Shown here piece by piece: positions 13,169 through 26,749 of a stretch of 64,000 nucleotides of DNA; positions within the stretch are counted from its first letter, which is position 1; the number at the start of each line of letters is the position of its first letter. The stretch is from Squalus acanthias (taxonomy: Eukaryota), in assembly GCA_030390025.1 (NCBI GenBank), contig CM059432.1:79486001-79550000 (forward strand), read 5' to 3'. The notes under the pieces were generated by a model. The model was given only the letters and a program-made list of their open reading frames with translations. It was not told where the DNA came from and searched no databases. A program made the translations under genes and the position numbers.

Positions 13169-13488
13169 GAACATAAGAACATAAGAAATAGGAGCAGGAG
13201 TAGGCCATTTGGCCCTTCGAGCCTGCTCCGCCATTCAATAAGATCATGGCTGATCTTCTACCTCATCTCCACTTTCCTGCACTATCCCCATATCCCTTGA
13301 TTCCCTTAATATTCAAAAATCTATCGATCTCTGTCTTGAATATACTCAATGACTGAGCCTCCACAGCCCTCTGGGGTACAGAATACCAAAGATTCACCAC
13401 CCTCTGAGTGAAGAAATTTCTCCTCATCTCAGTCCTAAATGGCCGACCCCTTATTCTGAGACTGACCCCTGGTTCTAGACTCCCAGCC
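13169..13488 (-). mobile_element. CR1 3' end with (TTCTTATG)n tail
   Basis: ORF 13263-13490 contains RRNFFTQRVVNLW; typical CR1 3' UTR. Confidence 0.9.
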
Positions 13489-14905
13489 AAATAGTACAGT
13501 CAATGATTCTATACATTTTATGAGACTCCAACGTAGTTATATGGTACACCTTTTACAGTTCTCTGGTATGACTAAATTTGACGTACAACAAAAAGATATG
13601 GTAAGTTAGTGTATCACAATACAGGCATATACAAGATGGGAGCAGTGAATTGTAATGCAAATGAATTATTGCAACTAGAGTGGCACAGTGTTGGTTCACA
13701 TGGACATTATATGTGTGGCACCCGCAGAACCTCCTCCAGGGTGTTGAGAGCTACATCATAAATTTTGTTTTGTTTCATTGTGAAATAAGCAAAGCTTTTT
13801 GGATCGTTCATCAGATTGGTTTGCTGATTTAAATTGCTAATGGTTTCATCAACATAGCAGAGGTTTTTTGTAAATTAAATGAGCTAATGTCCATTGTAAA
13901 TGTATAGTTCCACCTCATCATAGAAATTACAGCATAGAAAGAGGCCATTTGGCCCATCTTAAACTGGAGATATCTGCTCTCATCTTATTCCCTGCTTTTT
14001 CTACATACTCCTATTGGTGTTTCTGCCGAGTAGCATTCCTGTCGAGCGTCATGCACTTTTAAAAATGTTTTATTTATGTAAAAGAAAGAAATACAGCTAT
14101 CCTTTATTTATGTATGTAACATCAATTGTAATATTTGAATGCAATACTCCTGATTTCATCTTAAAATCTGATTTAAAACAAACAACTTTTTAGATAGCGA
14201 TATTATTGTAGAAAAACATCCCAAAGTGCTTCACAGTTACGTAAATAAATAATGGACAGCGAGCTAAGAGATTTTAGGAGGGGTGACCAAAAATTTGATC
14301 AAAGAGGTGAGTTTTAAGGAGGGCCTTAGAGGACGAGAGGTGGAGATGTGGAGGGGTTGATGCCTGCCAAGGATCAAAGGATGATGTTTATGAGGCACCT
14401 TTATGTTGTGCTCTGGCAATGTACGAGAGTCATTCAGCCAAGCCCGGTCAATACCATGGTGAAGGACCACCTGTTCAGATGCTGGTCATTGGAGTCTTCG
14501 CAATGGGGGAAAACTTGTCTAGGCACTGCTAAATTAATGACAGCTTCAGCTAGAACTACAAATGCAACATGGGAAGTGGGGGAAAATATATTTTATAATC
14601 ATGTAAATAACTGAGAATGATGATGATTTTGGGAGCAATGAATGAATGAATAAAATACTTGCATCTTAGAAAATGCTGCAAATCCACCATGGGAGGAATA
14701 GCAAAAATGCATTATAATATAATGCTTTATAATATAAATAACTGGGAACAAGAGGTTTTGGGGAGAGAAGAACATAAATGAATTGCATCTTAAGCAAACC
14801 TCGTAACGTGGTAGGTAAACAGTATTACAAATATTGTATCAATTAATCCTGTACTTGTCCTCATCAGTAAAGTATGTAATAATTTTATCTTACGTCAGCC
14901 ATATT

Positions 14906-15841
14906 GGCCTGGATTTTAGCCCGGAGGCGAGTTCCGTGCAGGGGGGCTATTGTAGCCTGGAGGCGAGTTCCGTGCTGGGGATTGGTGGGGGGGCTGTTGT
15001 GAGGAAGAATGGGTTTCCCGAATGTCCTGCAGTTTTTAACTGCAGCACTCCTTTAAATTTTTTTCTGGCAGTTTCCCACCCACAGGTGGCCTGATTGGCA
15101 GGCTGGAGGCCTGTCGGGCAGGGAAGCCTGCTTCACAAGGCTACAGCCAAGGAGATCAGGTAAATCTAGTGGCAGGGTTCGATCGGGGGTGTGGGTGGGG
15201 TCCAATGGTGGTTGGGGGGCCCGATGGTTGTGGGGGGGGGGGGGGGGGGGGGAGAGGAGAAGGTCATCGGAGCCCCCGATGATGGTTGGGGGGAGCAGAT
15301 GGTGGTCGGGGGAGCAGACAGAACGCGGGGCGGGGGGGGGGGGGTGCGTTTATTGGGTAGCTTGTTTGGCCTGGGGGCAATATTCACTTTAAGCTGGGTG
15401 GCCGCAGGTCCCGTGCAGCCAGTGAGCCGGCTTTTAAATAGAAAAACCACGCATGGTTGGAATTTTGAATGGCCCCGCAGCCCGTTAAAGGGGTTGCGCA
15501 GGCCAAAAAGAAATTAGAGGGGACATTGCCTAGAGGAAACATTCCTGCTCCTCCTGGCTCACAAGCTGTGCTGCAAAGGCACTTACCTTATGGATTCAGC
15601 CCTTCATGTCTCCTTTCAGCTGCCGGGTTTCCCGAGGCCTGGGAAACCCTGCCGACATGAGTTGAAAATAGAGTGACTGTTAAAATTAAGGCAGGCAGTC
15701 TCATTATAATATTTAAATGACTGATCCACGTCCTGCCTCTGTTAAAACTGGTATTGGCGGGTTGGGTTCGTGTTTCAATTTAGAATTTTAACCTCTGACC
15801 TGACACCAACCCACCCATTTTTGGGAGTTAAGTTTCAGCCC
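14906..15841. mobile_element. Non-autonomous Harbinger-type element (MITE-like) with G-rich interior
   Basis: ATT duplicated at 14903-14905 and 15842-15844. Imperfect TIRs GGCCTGGATTTTAGC and GGGCTGAAACTTAAC (reverse complement). Confidence 0.7.
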
Positions 15842-15894
15842 ATTTGCTGTATTAGAGCAAAGGGTGTTTATGCTGCAGTAGGACTGTGGTAAGC

Positions 15895-16480
15895 ATTGTC
15901 CATCTCCACCCCTGTCTCAGCTCATCCGCTGCTTAAATCCTCATGAAACATGCCTTTGTTACCTCTAGACTTGACTATTCCAATGCTCTCCTGGCCGGCC
16001 TCCCACCTTGCATGCTCTGTAAACTTGAGCTCATCCAAAACTCTGCTGCCCGTATCCTAACTTTCACCAAGTCCTGTTCATCCATCACCCCTGTGTTCGC
16101 TGACCTAAATTGGCTCCCAGTCCTGGATTTTAAAATTCTCATCCTTGTTTTCAAATCCCTCCATGGCCTCACCCCTCCCTATCTCTGTAACCTCCTCCAG
16201 CACTACAACCCTCTAAGATCTCTGCACTCCTCTAATTCTGGCTTCTTGTGCATCCCCAATTTTCATCGCTCTACCATTAGCCCTAAACAAAGAATTCCCT
16301 CCCTAACCCCTCTATCCTTCTTTAAGACGCTCCTTAAAACCTATCTCTTTGATCAAGCTTTCAGTCACCTGTCCTAATATCTTATGTGGATTGGTGTCAA
16401 ATTTTGTTTGATAGCGCTCCTGTGAAGTGCTTTGGGATGTTTTACTTCGTTAAAGATGCTATGTAAATTCAGGTTGTTGA
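15895..16480 (+). mobile_element. L2 LINE 3' fragment
   Basis: ORF 15943-16377 reads HAFVTSRLDYSNALLAGLP..IQNSAAR..FKTLLKTYLF, followed by an L2-type tail. Confidence 0.9.
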
Positions 16481-19400
16481 AATGACTTTCTGTGACACCA
16501 CCACAGGAGATTTACTGGGACTTCATGAAAATTTCAGTTGCAATATTCACTGAATAAGCATTATTAACATGATCAGTTGCAAGTCATATTTCAAAATTTA
16601 AATGCCTTTATTTTGTATAAAGTCTTTATCACAGTTTTACTAAATGAAATCTGATGGTATATGCATTTTCTTTGCAAAGAAAATAATTTGCTCAAGGTAT
16701 CCTATATGCATATAATCAGGAAAGTCAGACAAATGGAATGATGAACTTCCCAATGAATAAGACTGCTTTGTGTTGGTATTTAAATAGCTAACAAAAGACA
16801 TACTTGCTGCAGGGCAATGAGGACAATGTTAGATTTTTTTAATAACATGCAATGAAAGCTTAGAACTAACCAGAATGTAAAATTGGAATATTTTTGGTTC
16901 CTTAAACAAAGCATTATGTTTGCCTTATTTCTAAACAAAAATTGGAAAAAAAGAAAGCCTATTCACTGTTTTGTTCCAGACATGGCATTCTTTGCTAGAC
17001 ACGTAGATAGGCTACTTATCGCACTTTGCTTAGAAGCATTAGTTATGGATCAAATGCAGCAAATGCCTATTGTCAAACAGCTCATCAAATCTAATGTGGT
17101 CTTGTTCATTTGGCTTCTGGCAGGGTGGACATGCAAGAAAGCAAACAGAATGGTTCAGTGAAATTACTGAATTAAAGCTAATTGGTTCTTCCAAACTATA
17201 TCGCATTGTTTAAGTCCCGTTTCACTTGTTTTGTTGTTGAGAGTAGCCACAATTCCGTACAAATATCTAATATATCTGGGCATTTTAATGAACTTAAATA
17301 CTTAGGACAAAAATAATTATAAAACGAATAAAGAATTGGTCATACCATTATCACACTTATATAATTTATTTTCAGGATTATATTACTGGTAAAGAGACAT
17401 GAAGGGCTACTTCTCTCCTCTCTGTGCACAATAGTATTTGTGTTGGTAAACAGTGCTTGTGGCCAAATCATAATTCACCCCTCAATCTTCCAGCAGCTGC
17501 AACAAAGGATGAACTTCGGCTAGCGGTAGGGCACAGACCAAATGCAATGGGGGTTCGACATCCTGTCAGCCTATCCTCTGCTTGACTGCAATTGAAACAC
17601 GAGGAGGAACGTCTACTCAGAGAAGACCTACTTAAAGTAGCTTTTATTTGTGTATAATGGCCCATTTGAGGTTTTCAAAATCATTGTAAGACAACATCTG
17701 CACAATGGACTTCTGTTTCTGTCAAAACACCAAAAGCTTTAGGTGAAGAGGAGGTCTAATAGACTAGGAAGAAAGTTTAAATGCATGAATAAAAAGAGAG
17801 CGCACTGGAACACCATTGCACTAAGTCAGGCAGTAATGGTACCTGAATATATGCACATGATCCTCCATATATAAGCTTAGATTTTCCTTGTTTGGTATTA
17901 TTACTGCCAGAATGGTTATTGGTCTGTTTTAGACAGATTCAAATGGAAGTGGGTTGTGTACACCTAATTTTTCTAGGTCAGCTCATTAGCATAACTTCAG
18001 ATCTGGATTTGGATAAATCTAAAAGAGCATTTTAATGATGGGAAATTAAAATTAGCCCCAGTCTGGCAGACTCTAGCTGTAACTTCAGTGGAACAGCCAC
18101 AAACTTGGGTCCTAGACTAGTGATGGAGTTTCCACTTGGCTTTGTAAAGGGGAGAGCCTCTGCCTGCCCCTTACAAAGTCAGTGACTTGGAAGGGTGGGC
18201 CAAAGGCAGTCAGTCTCTAAGCTTTTTTTGTGCATTTTGGCCTCAACTGGACCTGGTGTAAGTTTGCAGAGTGAGCTGTCTGAAAGATGGAAGTGGGTCC
18301 CACCTAGAAAAAAAAGACTTGCATTTATATAGCGCGTTTCACGACCTCAGGACATCCCAAAGCGCTTTATAGCCAATTAAGTACTTTGGAAGTATAGTCA
18401 CTGTTATAATGTCAGAGGGATGGAGGGTTTAGGCCAGGGAAGCAGCCTGGACCCTCAAGTCAACTCAGGTAAAAAAAAATGTTTTATGATGTTATCAGCT
18501 GCCTTGCAAAGGAGGTCATAGTGGCCACAAAGTCATCTTTCCCGGGGGACACAAGGCACTGCACTCCTCCCCCCCACCGCCTCCACCTCCCAGATGGTAG
18601 CATGTGCTGGGCATTCCAGCTAGTGTGGGCTGGTAGGGACCATGGATGCCCCCTCCAAGTGGTGTGGTTTCCCACCAATATTTAAATAGGGTGACCTCCC
18701 ATGGACCCCACACACTTGGGCAGGGTCAACACTGGAGGTGTTTTACCAGCGTAAATGCTGGGATTGTGTCTCCAAGCACTTTCAAAGCCATCGTGTTGAA
18801 GATAAATTCAAAGGCAATTAAAGAGGTGCGTTACAATAGTGGGACAAAAATTCTACCCAGAGTCTCAAAAGGCATCTCAGCCAATTATCAACACTGTCTA
18901 AGCTGAAAGGGCAGAGGACTAAAAAGAGACAGGCAAAAATGAAGGAAAAGAAGCGCAAAGTTCAAGCAGGAGTCTGCAGTCAGGTAATGGAGCAGTGCAG
19001 CACACAACCCCCGGTTTGATGGCTAATAATGTGGAGGTGGTGCTGAATGATATGAGTGCAAGGAAGGGTTCCCTCTGTAACCTTTCAGGGTGCCATCCCT
19101 ATAGGTCAGCATTGCAGCTTGTCTGTAAAGTGGTGCAGCCAAATTTCAGGCCACATCTGACCATGTCACTTCATGGGGTAGCTGCAGGCATCCTTGCAGC
19201 AGATGGCACAGCTCTGCATCTGTCTCTTTGCTGACCTGGACATTAAGAAGACAGATCTCCATGGTCACTGTCAGGTTAGTATGCCAGAGCCTGCAAAAAT
19301 GGTTGGTGGCATCTCGGCATGAGCAGCCAATCAGGCAACGCTGGTTCTTTATCACCCTGGCATGTCTTTTTTCATGCAGTACCACTCACAACATTGTGTG

Positions 19401-19739
19401 ATTGGGATACTGACAAATGAAATATCCAACAATATAGTAAATCAGGCATCTTAGTGATGTCATCTGTCCTGCTGTCCTGGCTTTCTTTGGGAAAAGGAGC
19501 CTGAACCAACAGAAAGGTATCTTTTGCGCCAATTTCAGCTGAAAAAAACCAGCGCAATCAAGCGGAAACTCCAGGCCTATATCCCTTGCCATAAAACACA
19601 TTATCCACTTGAGGTGCTGCCTTTATTCGCCTGACTTTTTGTTGAGTGGCAAAGGGAGATCCAAAATAATAAAAAGCAGGTTTGAAAAGGAGTGAAGATG
19701 AGATAAATGATGAGTGGTTACACAACACCATGTTCCCCA

Positions 19740-21200
19740 CCCACATCAGTGTGGGTCTCATCACCAAGTCCCATTTTGGGCTCTCCCCCATAAACCTCAG
19801 GCCCCTTTTCCTCATTCAAGCATCTCACCCTGCATCCACCCCTCTCACTTTTCATTCAAAGTCCTTGCCCTCTACTGCCCTCCCAAGTCATTTACTGAGA
19901 TCCTCTAACTTCTCTCCCCACTTCAGCCTGTTCACCAAATGATTCGTCATTCTCAGGAATTTTAACCTCTACTTTAATTCGCCTTGCTCCTGACTTCTCT
20001 GCCCTCATGCCCTCCCTTAACCTCACTGTTCACATCAACTCCCTTACTGACACCCATTTCCACTTCCTCAACCTCAGTATCTCGTGGCCTCACCACCTCC
20101 AAGGTCTTGATCACATATAGCCATCTCCGATCACGTCCTCATCTCGTTCACCATACAAATCTCCCTGCCTACCTGAAGCCTGACTACCCTTCATTCATGA
20201 AAAAAAACTGCTCCCATCAGCTTCCTCATCAATTCATTCTTGATCTCCTAGCTACCCTTTCCTTAGCCTTCCACAGTCATCACAATGCTGCCGATGTTGA
20301 CTTGCTAAACATTTCCCTCACTTCTTGTTTCAACTCTTCTGTCCATACCAAGTAACTCACCATCTTCCATTCAGGTTGTTGCTCAGAATACAGCTTCCAC
20401 TTTCATACCCTTAACATTATAGGCCACAGACTGTAGAGCACGCAGGTCTTGTTGTCCACTGCCAAATTTGTCTGGACCTTATCAAGCCCTACCACACTTC
20501 CCTCGTTATGACCAAATTACTCCAGAATCATCCTGGAAGGCAAGAACAATCCACAACACCATTCATCCATGAAAAATGGCCTTTCTTCCCTTTGACCTTT
20601 CCATCCTCAACTCTAACACTGTCTGAGGAGCTCATAGGATTTCCTTGACACGTAAGAGTGAGACCATCTGCGCAGCTGTCTCAGGTGCCATCTTCTCCTG
20701 CTCCTCCACTGATCATCTCCCAATCCCATACTCATTCTAACACAGTCCCACCATCACTTTGCAACTTCTCTGCAATTCCCACACCCTCCAAGCCTGTCTC
20801 TTCTACAAGACCAGCCTCCTGCCTCCTTGATGCACTCCCCGTGCAAATCCGGACATTTCAACTACCTTTCCTGGCTCTAATGCTTACTAACATTGTTCAA
20901 TGGCTCTCTCTTCCTTTCAAACCCACCATCACTGTGTCCTCAAAAAACTGCCCTTTGATCCAAATGCTTCCATCCAAGTACACCCAATCACAAGCCTCCC
21001 TTTCTTGCTCACGCTCCTTAAACATGTCATTGCCTCCCTGCTGTGCACTCACCTTTCCCACAACTCCATCTTTGAACTTTTCAATCCTGTTTCCGCCTGC
21101 CCAGAGCACAAAAACCAACCTGGTCAAAGTTGCAAAGGACCTCTTCGACTTCTTTATACAGTGGCACTTCAGCCCTCCCTGACCTCTCTGCAGAGAATTT
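19740..21200 (+). mobile_element. Strongly decayed L2-like LINE (APE to RT region)
   Basis: C/T-rich sense strand with remnants of ILGDFN, PITSLPFL..K and HSTET-like motifs. Boundaries are approximate. Confidence 0.55.
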
Positions 21201-21300
21201 TTAACCAAGATTTCAGTTACAGCAACAACTTGCATTTATATAGCACCTTTAATGTAGTAAATGTCCCAAGGTACTTCACAGGAGCATTATTAAACAAAAT

Positions 21301-22654
21301 GAGCAGAATTTTCCAGGGGGTCAGCGGGCACGATCGGTGGCAGGTCGGGTGGGAAAATGTTTTTTTTGACAGCAGGTCAGGACCCTGCTGTCAACCCGCC
21401 GCCACACGCCTTTCCCAAATGTCGAGTCTGCCAGCGCTGAGCAGACCCGACACGCAGCAGCGGGAGAGGCAATTGAAATCATTAGTGGCTTGTTTATAGC
21501 CTCTTAACAATGCTTTTTCCCAGCTTTTTGATTTTGACTGGTCGCCCGCCGGTTTCCCGCTGTGCCTAGACCTTGTCAGTGAAGCTGAGGCGGGTGGTGA
21601 CTTGCCATTGTTTCAGCTGATGAGTTGACAGCTTCAAATGTCAAGTCAAAGCTCCCAGTTGAACCAGATATCTTCCCTAAACTGCATTTCCACTACAGAT
21701 TCAGGATGCTGCAAGTCTTTACACAAGTCTTTATCCAATCTGACCTTACTACCTCTCCCACCATTGACAGATTGCTTCTGTCATCTCTACTTCACCTGCC
21801 ATCTATTCCATCAGCATCGGTGCCCTTGAAACTCTCTCGCCTTGGTCCTCAGAATCTCACCACGATCAGCCCAACACCAGCAGCACCAGGCACACCACCA
21901 ACCTTCTCCGCAATCAACTGATGCTGCACAGCATCAGCACCCGACCTCATTGCTGCCCGGGAGGCCAGGGATGGCCTCACCATGGCCAGATTTACTTCAC
22001 TTGACATGATGCCACATGATGCGCCAGGTTGGCACCACCCCACATCAACTCCATAAAGCATCCCTACAATGCCCAAGCCACTCCTTTCACACTGATCACC
22101 ATTGCGGGGGGTACCGTTATGTCTCACCATTCATTGCAACTCACTAAGGTACACACAAATCTGTCCAAGAACGCAAAGTGTTGAAAATAAAGGTTTCAAT
22201 GTTTGACACCACATTAACAGAAACTTTACATGAACATTGCATAAAACACACAAGTGGCTACCCTTGTGTGTTATTAGTTGGTATGATTGCACTAGGATGA
22301 GGGTGAGTGTGAGGGGTGGCTAGTGAGATGGGGAAGTGATAATGTAGATAGAGAGGGATGGGTGGAGGTGCAAGGTAAGTTGGTGTGAGTAAGGATGTGC
22401 AGGAGTAGGGTAGGGAAGGCAGAGTGATGGGGATGTGATGAGTGGCACAGCAGGATGAGGTTGAGTTTGGCTTTGCAGTAATTATTCGTGATCTACTGAG
22501 ATCATTGAAAGGTTTGCGCCACTGCAGCCTGGTCCTCCCGACATGAGACATCCCTGCTTGTGTCCTCCTTTGCAACGTACAACCAGCAGCGAGGCTGGGA
22601 TCCGCCACCGACGTTGCCCGCCACGGACCCACCGAGGTTGGTAAAATCCAGCTC
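21301..22654. mobile_element. Internally deleted Harbinger element inserted in an L2 tail
   Basis: AAT TSD (21298-21300 and 22655-22657). TIRs GAGCAGAATTTTCC and GAGCTGGATTTTAC (reverse complement). Myb remnant TRLQWRKPFNDL on the minus strand near 22500-22540. The L2 tail is contiguous across the insertion. Confidence 0.8.
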
Positions 22655-22686
22655 AATGTGATACCGAGCCACATAGAAGATATTAG

Positions 22687-22900
22687 AAAAGCAAAATACT
22701 GCAGCTGCTGGAAATCTGAAATAAAAACAGAAAATGCTGGAAATACTCAGTAAGTCAGGTAGCATCTGTGGAGAGAAAAACAAAGTTAACTTTTCAGGTT
22801 GATGACCTTTCATCAGAACCATGTTTCCATCGTTCTGATGAAAGGTCATCGACCTGAAATGTTAACTTTGTTTCTCTCTCCCCAGGTGTTGCCTGACCTT
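22687..22900. mobile_element. Inverted pair of Penelope-like terminal repeats with hammerhead motifs
   Basis: Arms at about 22753-22819 and 22832-22898 with a 12-nt spacer, flanked by a duplication of L2 sequence agaagatattag / agaaaatattag. Confidence 0.85.
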
Positions 22901-25007
22901 AAGAAAATATTAGGACAGGTGACCAAAAGCTTGGTCAAAGAGGTAGGATTTAAGGAGCTTCTTAAAGGAGAGAGAGGTAGACAGATGGAGGGGTTTAGGA
23001 GGGAATTTTTGAGCTTAGGGCCTTAGGCAGCTGAAAGCACGACGCCAATGCCGGTGCGATGAAAATTGGGTATGCGCAAGAGGTCCGATCCTAACCCACC
23101 TGTAAAGTTTCAGGATCTACTCTTTTTCTCCTGTATGAACTTCTTTGGAACATTTTGGTAAGTTAAAGGTGCTCTACAAATGTAAATTGCTTTTGTTGGC
23201 AGTGATGAAGGACAGGAGTACTGAGGGAGATGTGAAGTTCCACCGTTTGACATCCCTGGAGAGAATATATATATATTAACAATACTAATCACTGAGGTTT
23301 AGTAGGAAAGAAGAACTGGCTCACTTGGACGAGCATCTTTGTGATATTAAAAACAATATCCTCATAAAAATGAAAACCAGCACATAAAGATTTTATACAA
23401 CAGATAACTCACTGATGCATGAATATTTCTGTTAAATAAATCTAAATTCAAATTCTGAACCATCTCTGTCTCCTGCTATTTTCGGTTCAGAACACAAATT
23501 TACCATGCTTACAGGCCAAATTACATCATCCCCTTCTATGGGAAATAATTTTCATTAGCTCAACAATTTTCCATCTAATATCTGACAGTATTTTAAAACT
23601 ACAGTGTGAAAAGAATGAAACAGCTCAGATTTCAGTTATTTTTCCAATGCTTTTTAATTTTTTTCAAGATATTGTGCAACTTCTATTAACTTTATTCTAA
23701 AGCTCACTATGTGGGGCTGTGACATATATATACTGGTTTTCCCCACTTTCTGAATTGATTTCTAGTAATGTATAGTTAGCATTCACATATGCCAGTCTCA
23801 TTATATGCATCACGTTTTCTTGACCAACACTGTCAATAATTGAGGCTCGATGCAATTTTGTAGAAAAATCATTATGCACTTATCAGTAATTGACTGTAAT
23901 ACTATTTTAACAAATGTAAATCATGCAACTTTAATAGAATGTGTATATTGTTTAAAGCAACATAAGTTAACCTAAAAAAATTAAATATATTTATCTGAAT
24001 TCCAAAGGTAGTGAATTATACACTGGATGCAGAAATTGTTATTTTTTTGGAATGAACAAGCTTAATAACCAGAAAATCCACAAGCTTAACAGCCAGAAAG
24101 AGAATTCATTTCATTTTTTTCCCTCAGGAGGCATGACCAGAATTAATCAAGCAAGGCAGACCTCTGTTATGAAATGTCAGAGAACAAAACTTTTTTGAAA
24201 AATTCTGGGTTCGAGACTGAAAGTCTACTTTTCTCCTTTAATAATACAACCTTTGGGTCATTAACAGAAAAGAAAATGTTGTTTATTTGCTGGAAAAAAA
24301 ACTTTGAGACTGGATTGGAAGGTACAAACAGTAGGCTATTCATCAATCTTATTGATGGGGAGCTAAAAGGAAGGAAATAAGTATTTAAGTAAAACCTGTT
24401 TTTAACTACTATTATTCATACAATTATTTAATTGTACTCTCAATTTTCCAAACTTCATTAAGTACATATTAATCTTTTCCATTTCACCTTCACCCAACCA
24501 AACATTCTTGAATGCAAGGAGCAAACTAATGTTTACATTTTCTTACTGAACCATCTAAAGTGACTAGTTGTCAAAAGGTCAAAGACATACATCAATGCAA
24601 TGTTGATTAAAACAGGACTAAAGTTGGGCATGCTGCATTCCGTACTCAACATGTAATCAAGACAATTAGATTCTGAACAAAAATGTGTAACCTATGTACT
24701 ATAAATTCTGTTTCATAATATAAAATTGATATCTCCATAAATATGAATTCCAGTTTTCTATTAACACAAAATGTATGCATTATGGAGACATTAGTATATT
24801 TAAAGATAGGCAGCAATTACTTCCTTTCCCTCATAAATTAATGCAAATTATCAGTCTGACCCACAAATTGGCAAAGAATTTTTAACATCCAAACATGAAA
24901 ATAAATTATAGGTATTTTTTTCAGAATCTGTTACTTCCATGGATTATTTATATATATATATGGGTAGCTAGCAGACAGTACAGGAGACAGAGCAGGTACT
25001 ACACAGA

Positions 25008-25063
25008 TCAGCATGATACAGGTTTTAACATTTTGTGAAATTGTGGAAGCTTTTGTTCAAAAC
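25008..25063 (-). CDS. PPP1R42: Tentative terminal coding exon of PPP1R42
   Basis: Acceptor ctctgcttcacag|G. Phase 1 reads GFEQKLPQFHKMLKPVSC*; phase 2 gives GF*. AT-rich UTR-like sequence follows, with minus-strand ATTAAA near 24430 and AATAAA near 24285. No homology support. Confidence 0.3.
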
Positions 25064-25415
25064 CTGTGAAGCAGAGTACTAACTACACTTTGACAAGGAG
25101 AAAACTGTATAATAATGGTCTTCAATTTAGAAAAAACTGTTCTTATTTTCTTTTCACTTTAGGGGTAATACAAATTATCATAACTTCTATCTGTGGCTTG
25201 ATGTGCATTAACTGATCTTAATAACTAATACTTTCCTATTAGATAAACAAGAAACAAAATCCAAAGAGCACCTGCACATTAGACTCTTGCTATGCTGAAA
25301 ATTATTACACTGTGCATTGTTTTGATTAAAAAAAACTAGCTATTCTAATACAAAACTAATCATTTAATGCTATGTAGACCCATACCTGTTTTATTCTAAA
25401 TAAATTAGACCCATT

Positions 25416-26002
25416 GGGGGGAATTTTAACATGGGGTGAGCGGGTGGAAGTGGGTGTGGGTGGGGGGTTAAATGGGAAAAAACAAATCGAAGCGTGTTGG
25501 GAAGCCGGCTTCAACCTGTCAACCTCCGGGTTTTACTGAGGTGGGACAAGGGGCGGGCAGCCAATCTGCTCCCTGGAGGCTGGTTGGCATTTTAAAATGT
25601 CGATGAGACTGGAAGCCTCGGATTTAATCTGCTTTGCAGGTTTATCTGTGGCCGGCCGGGTTTCCCAGCCCACCAAGCTCCCCCGCCTTCAGACACTGCT
25701 CAGGATCGGACTCCCCCCGGGGTTGGGGATCGGACCACTACCAGGGTCAGGGATCGGACCCCCCGGGGTCGGGGATCAGACCTACCTGGTCCTGCAGCAT
25801 CCTCCGGAGCATTTCCCACCTGACTGGAAGCCAAGCCTGTCAATCAGGCTGACTTCCGGGTGGGGAACCTGTCAATGACGAAAGATGCATGCTGTGGAGT
25901 TAAATCTCCACAGCATGCGGGAAAATCCAGACGCTCGGGTTTCCTGTGCACCACTGGACCCTCTCCCACCTCCCATCGCATCTGGAAGTAAAAATTCCCC
26001 CC
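25416..26002. mobile_element. Harbinger-type MITE
   Basis: Perfect 12-bp TIR GGGGGGAATTTT / AAAATTCCCCCC with ATT TSD on both sides. Confidence 0.85.
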
Positions 26003-26469
26003 ATTCTCTGAACGTCATGGTGACCCACCATAACTTCAGTGGGAGACTCTTGGAACCCCCAGCGAAATTACAGTGAAGACCTGAAGAACCCCTGCAGAAT
26101 TTCAGAGCCATTATATTCAGTTTTTGAAGTCTACGCATGAATATGTGGTCCTAGCATTAGGTCCTAAGTTGACTAAAAATTAAAATCAAACCAACAACAA
26201 AAATCTCTTTAGCACAGTAAGATAAGAACTTGATTTTCTTTTTCAAATTTAGAAGTTTTTTTTATTAGGAACTCTACATTAAAATTAAAGAACATTGGAA
26301 TGGAGTAATGCCGTTTTAGTTCTATAGCACTTGGACCTATGTAGCAAGAAATGTTAACCTAAATAATTCTAGTACGAGGTTCCTGACCGTATAATGCTGC
26401 GTTGGGTTCTGTCAAATTAATTTTCATTGTTGCATATTTTGCACATTTTAGAAGACATTAGGACCTTAC

Positions 26470-26659
26470 CCGATTCCTTCCATACCATCACCCATACCCC
26501 TAGACTCGAGCGCTGGTGGTAAAGCACCATTTCCATCATCTCCGGAGTTTGCAAGGTTGGGAGTCTTCGCAAGAAGAACATCAACAGGTTTCCTGAATCT
26601 ACGAATACCAGGAGAGGTATAGTTTCTAGGTGCATGGTGCTGAATTATTTGTGGATGGT
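26470..26659 (-). CDS. PPP1R42: Probable PPP1R42 C-terminal-region exon, 190 bp
   Basis: Pyrimidine tract plus aag acceptor. Open in the required phase-1 frame for the whole exon (DHPQIIQHHAPRNYTSPGIRRFRKPVDVLLAKTP...MEGI), with a strong donor GG|gtaagg. Non-repetitive sequence, but only weak similarity to the mammalian tail. Confidence 0.6.
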
Positions 26660-26749
26660 CTTGTAGACAAAGAGCAAATAGATTAACTTATTTTTGATCA
26701 GCAGAAGATAACAAAAATTAAGACAGAGAGCTCATTTTTACAATATATT

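Noticed and set aside
11300..17700. TCF24 coding exons expected from mammalian synteny
   Set aside because: No bHLH-like coding sequence was found in the ORF track or by reading.
23697..23879. 60-aa minus-strand ORF as the last PPP1R42 exon
   Set aside because: The nearest acceptor does not put this frame in phase with the upstream exon, and I see no similarity.
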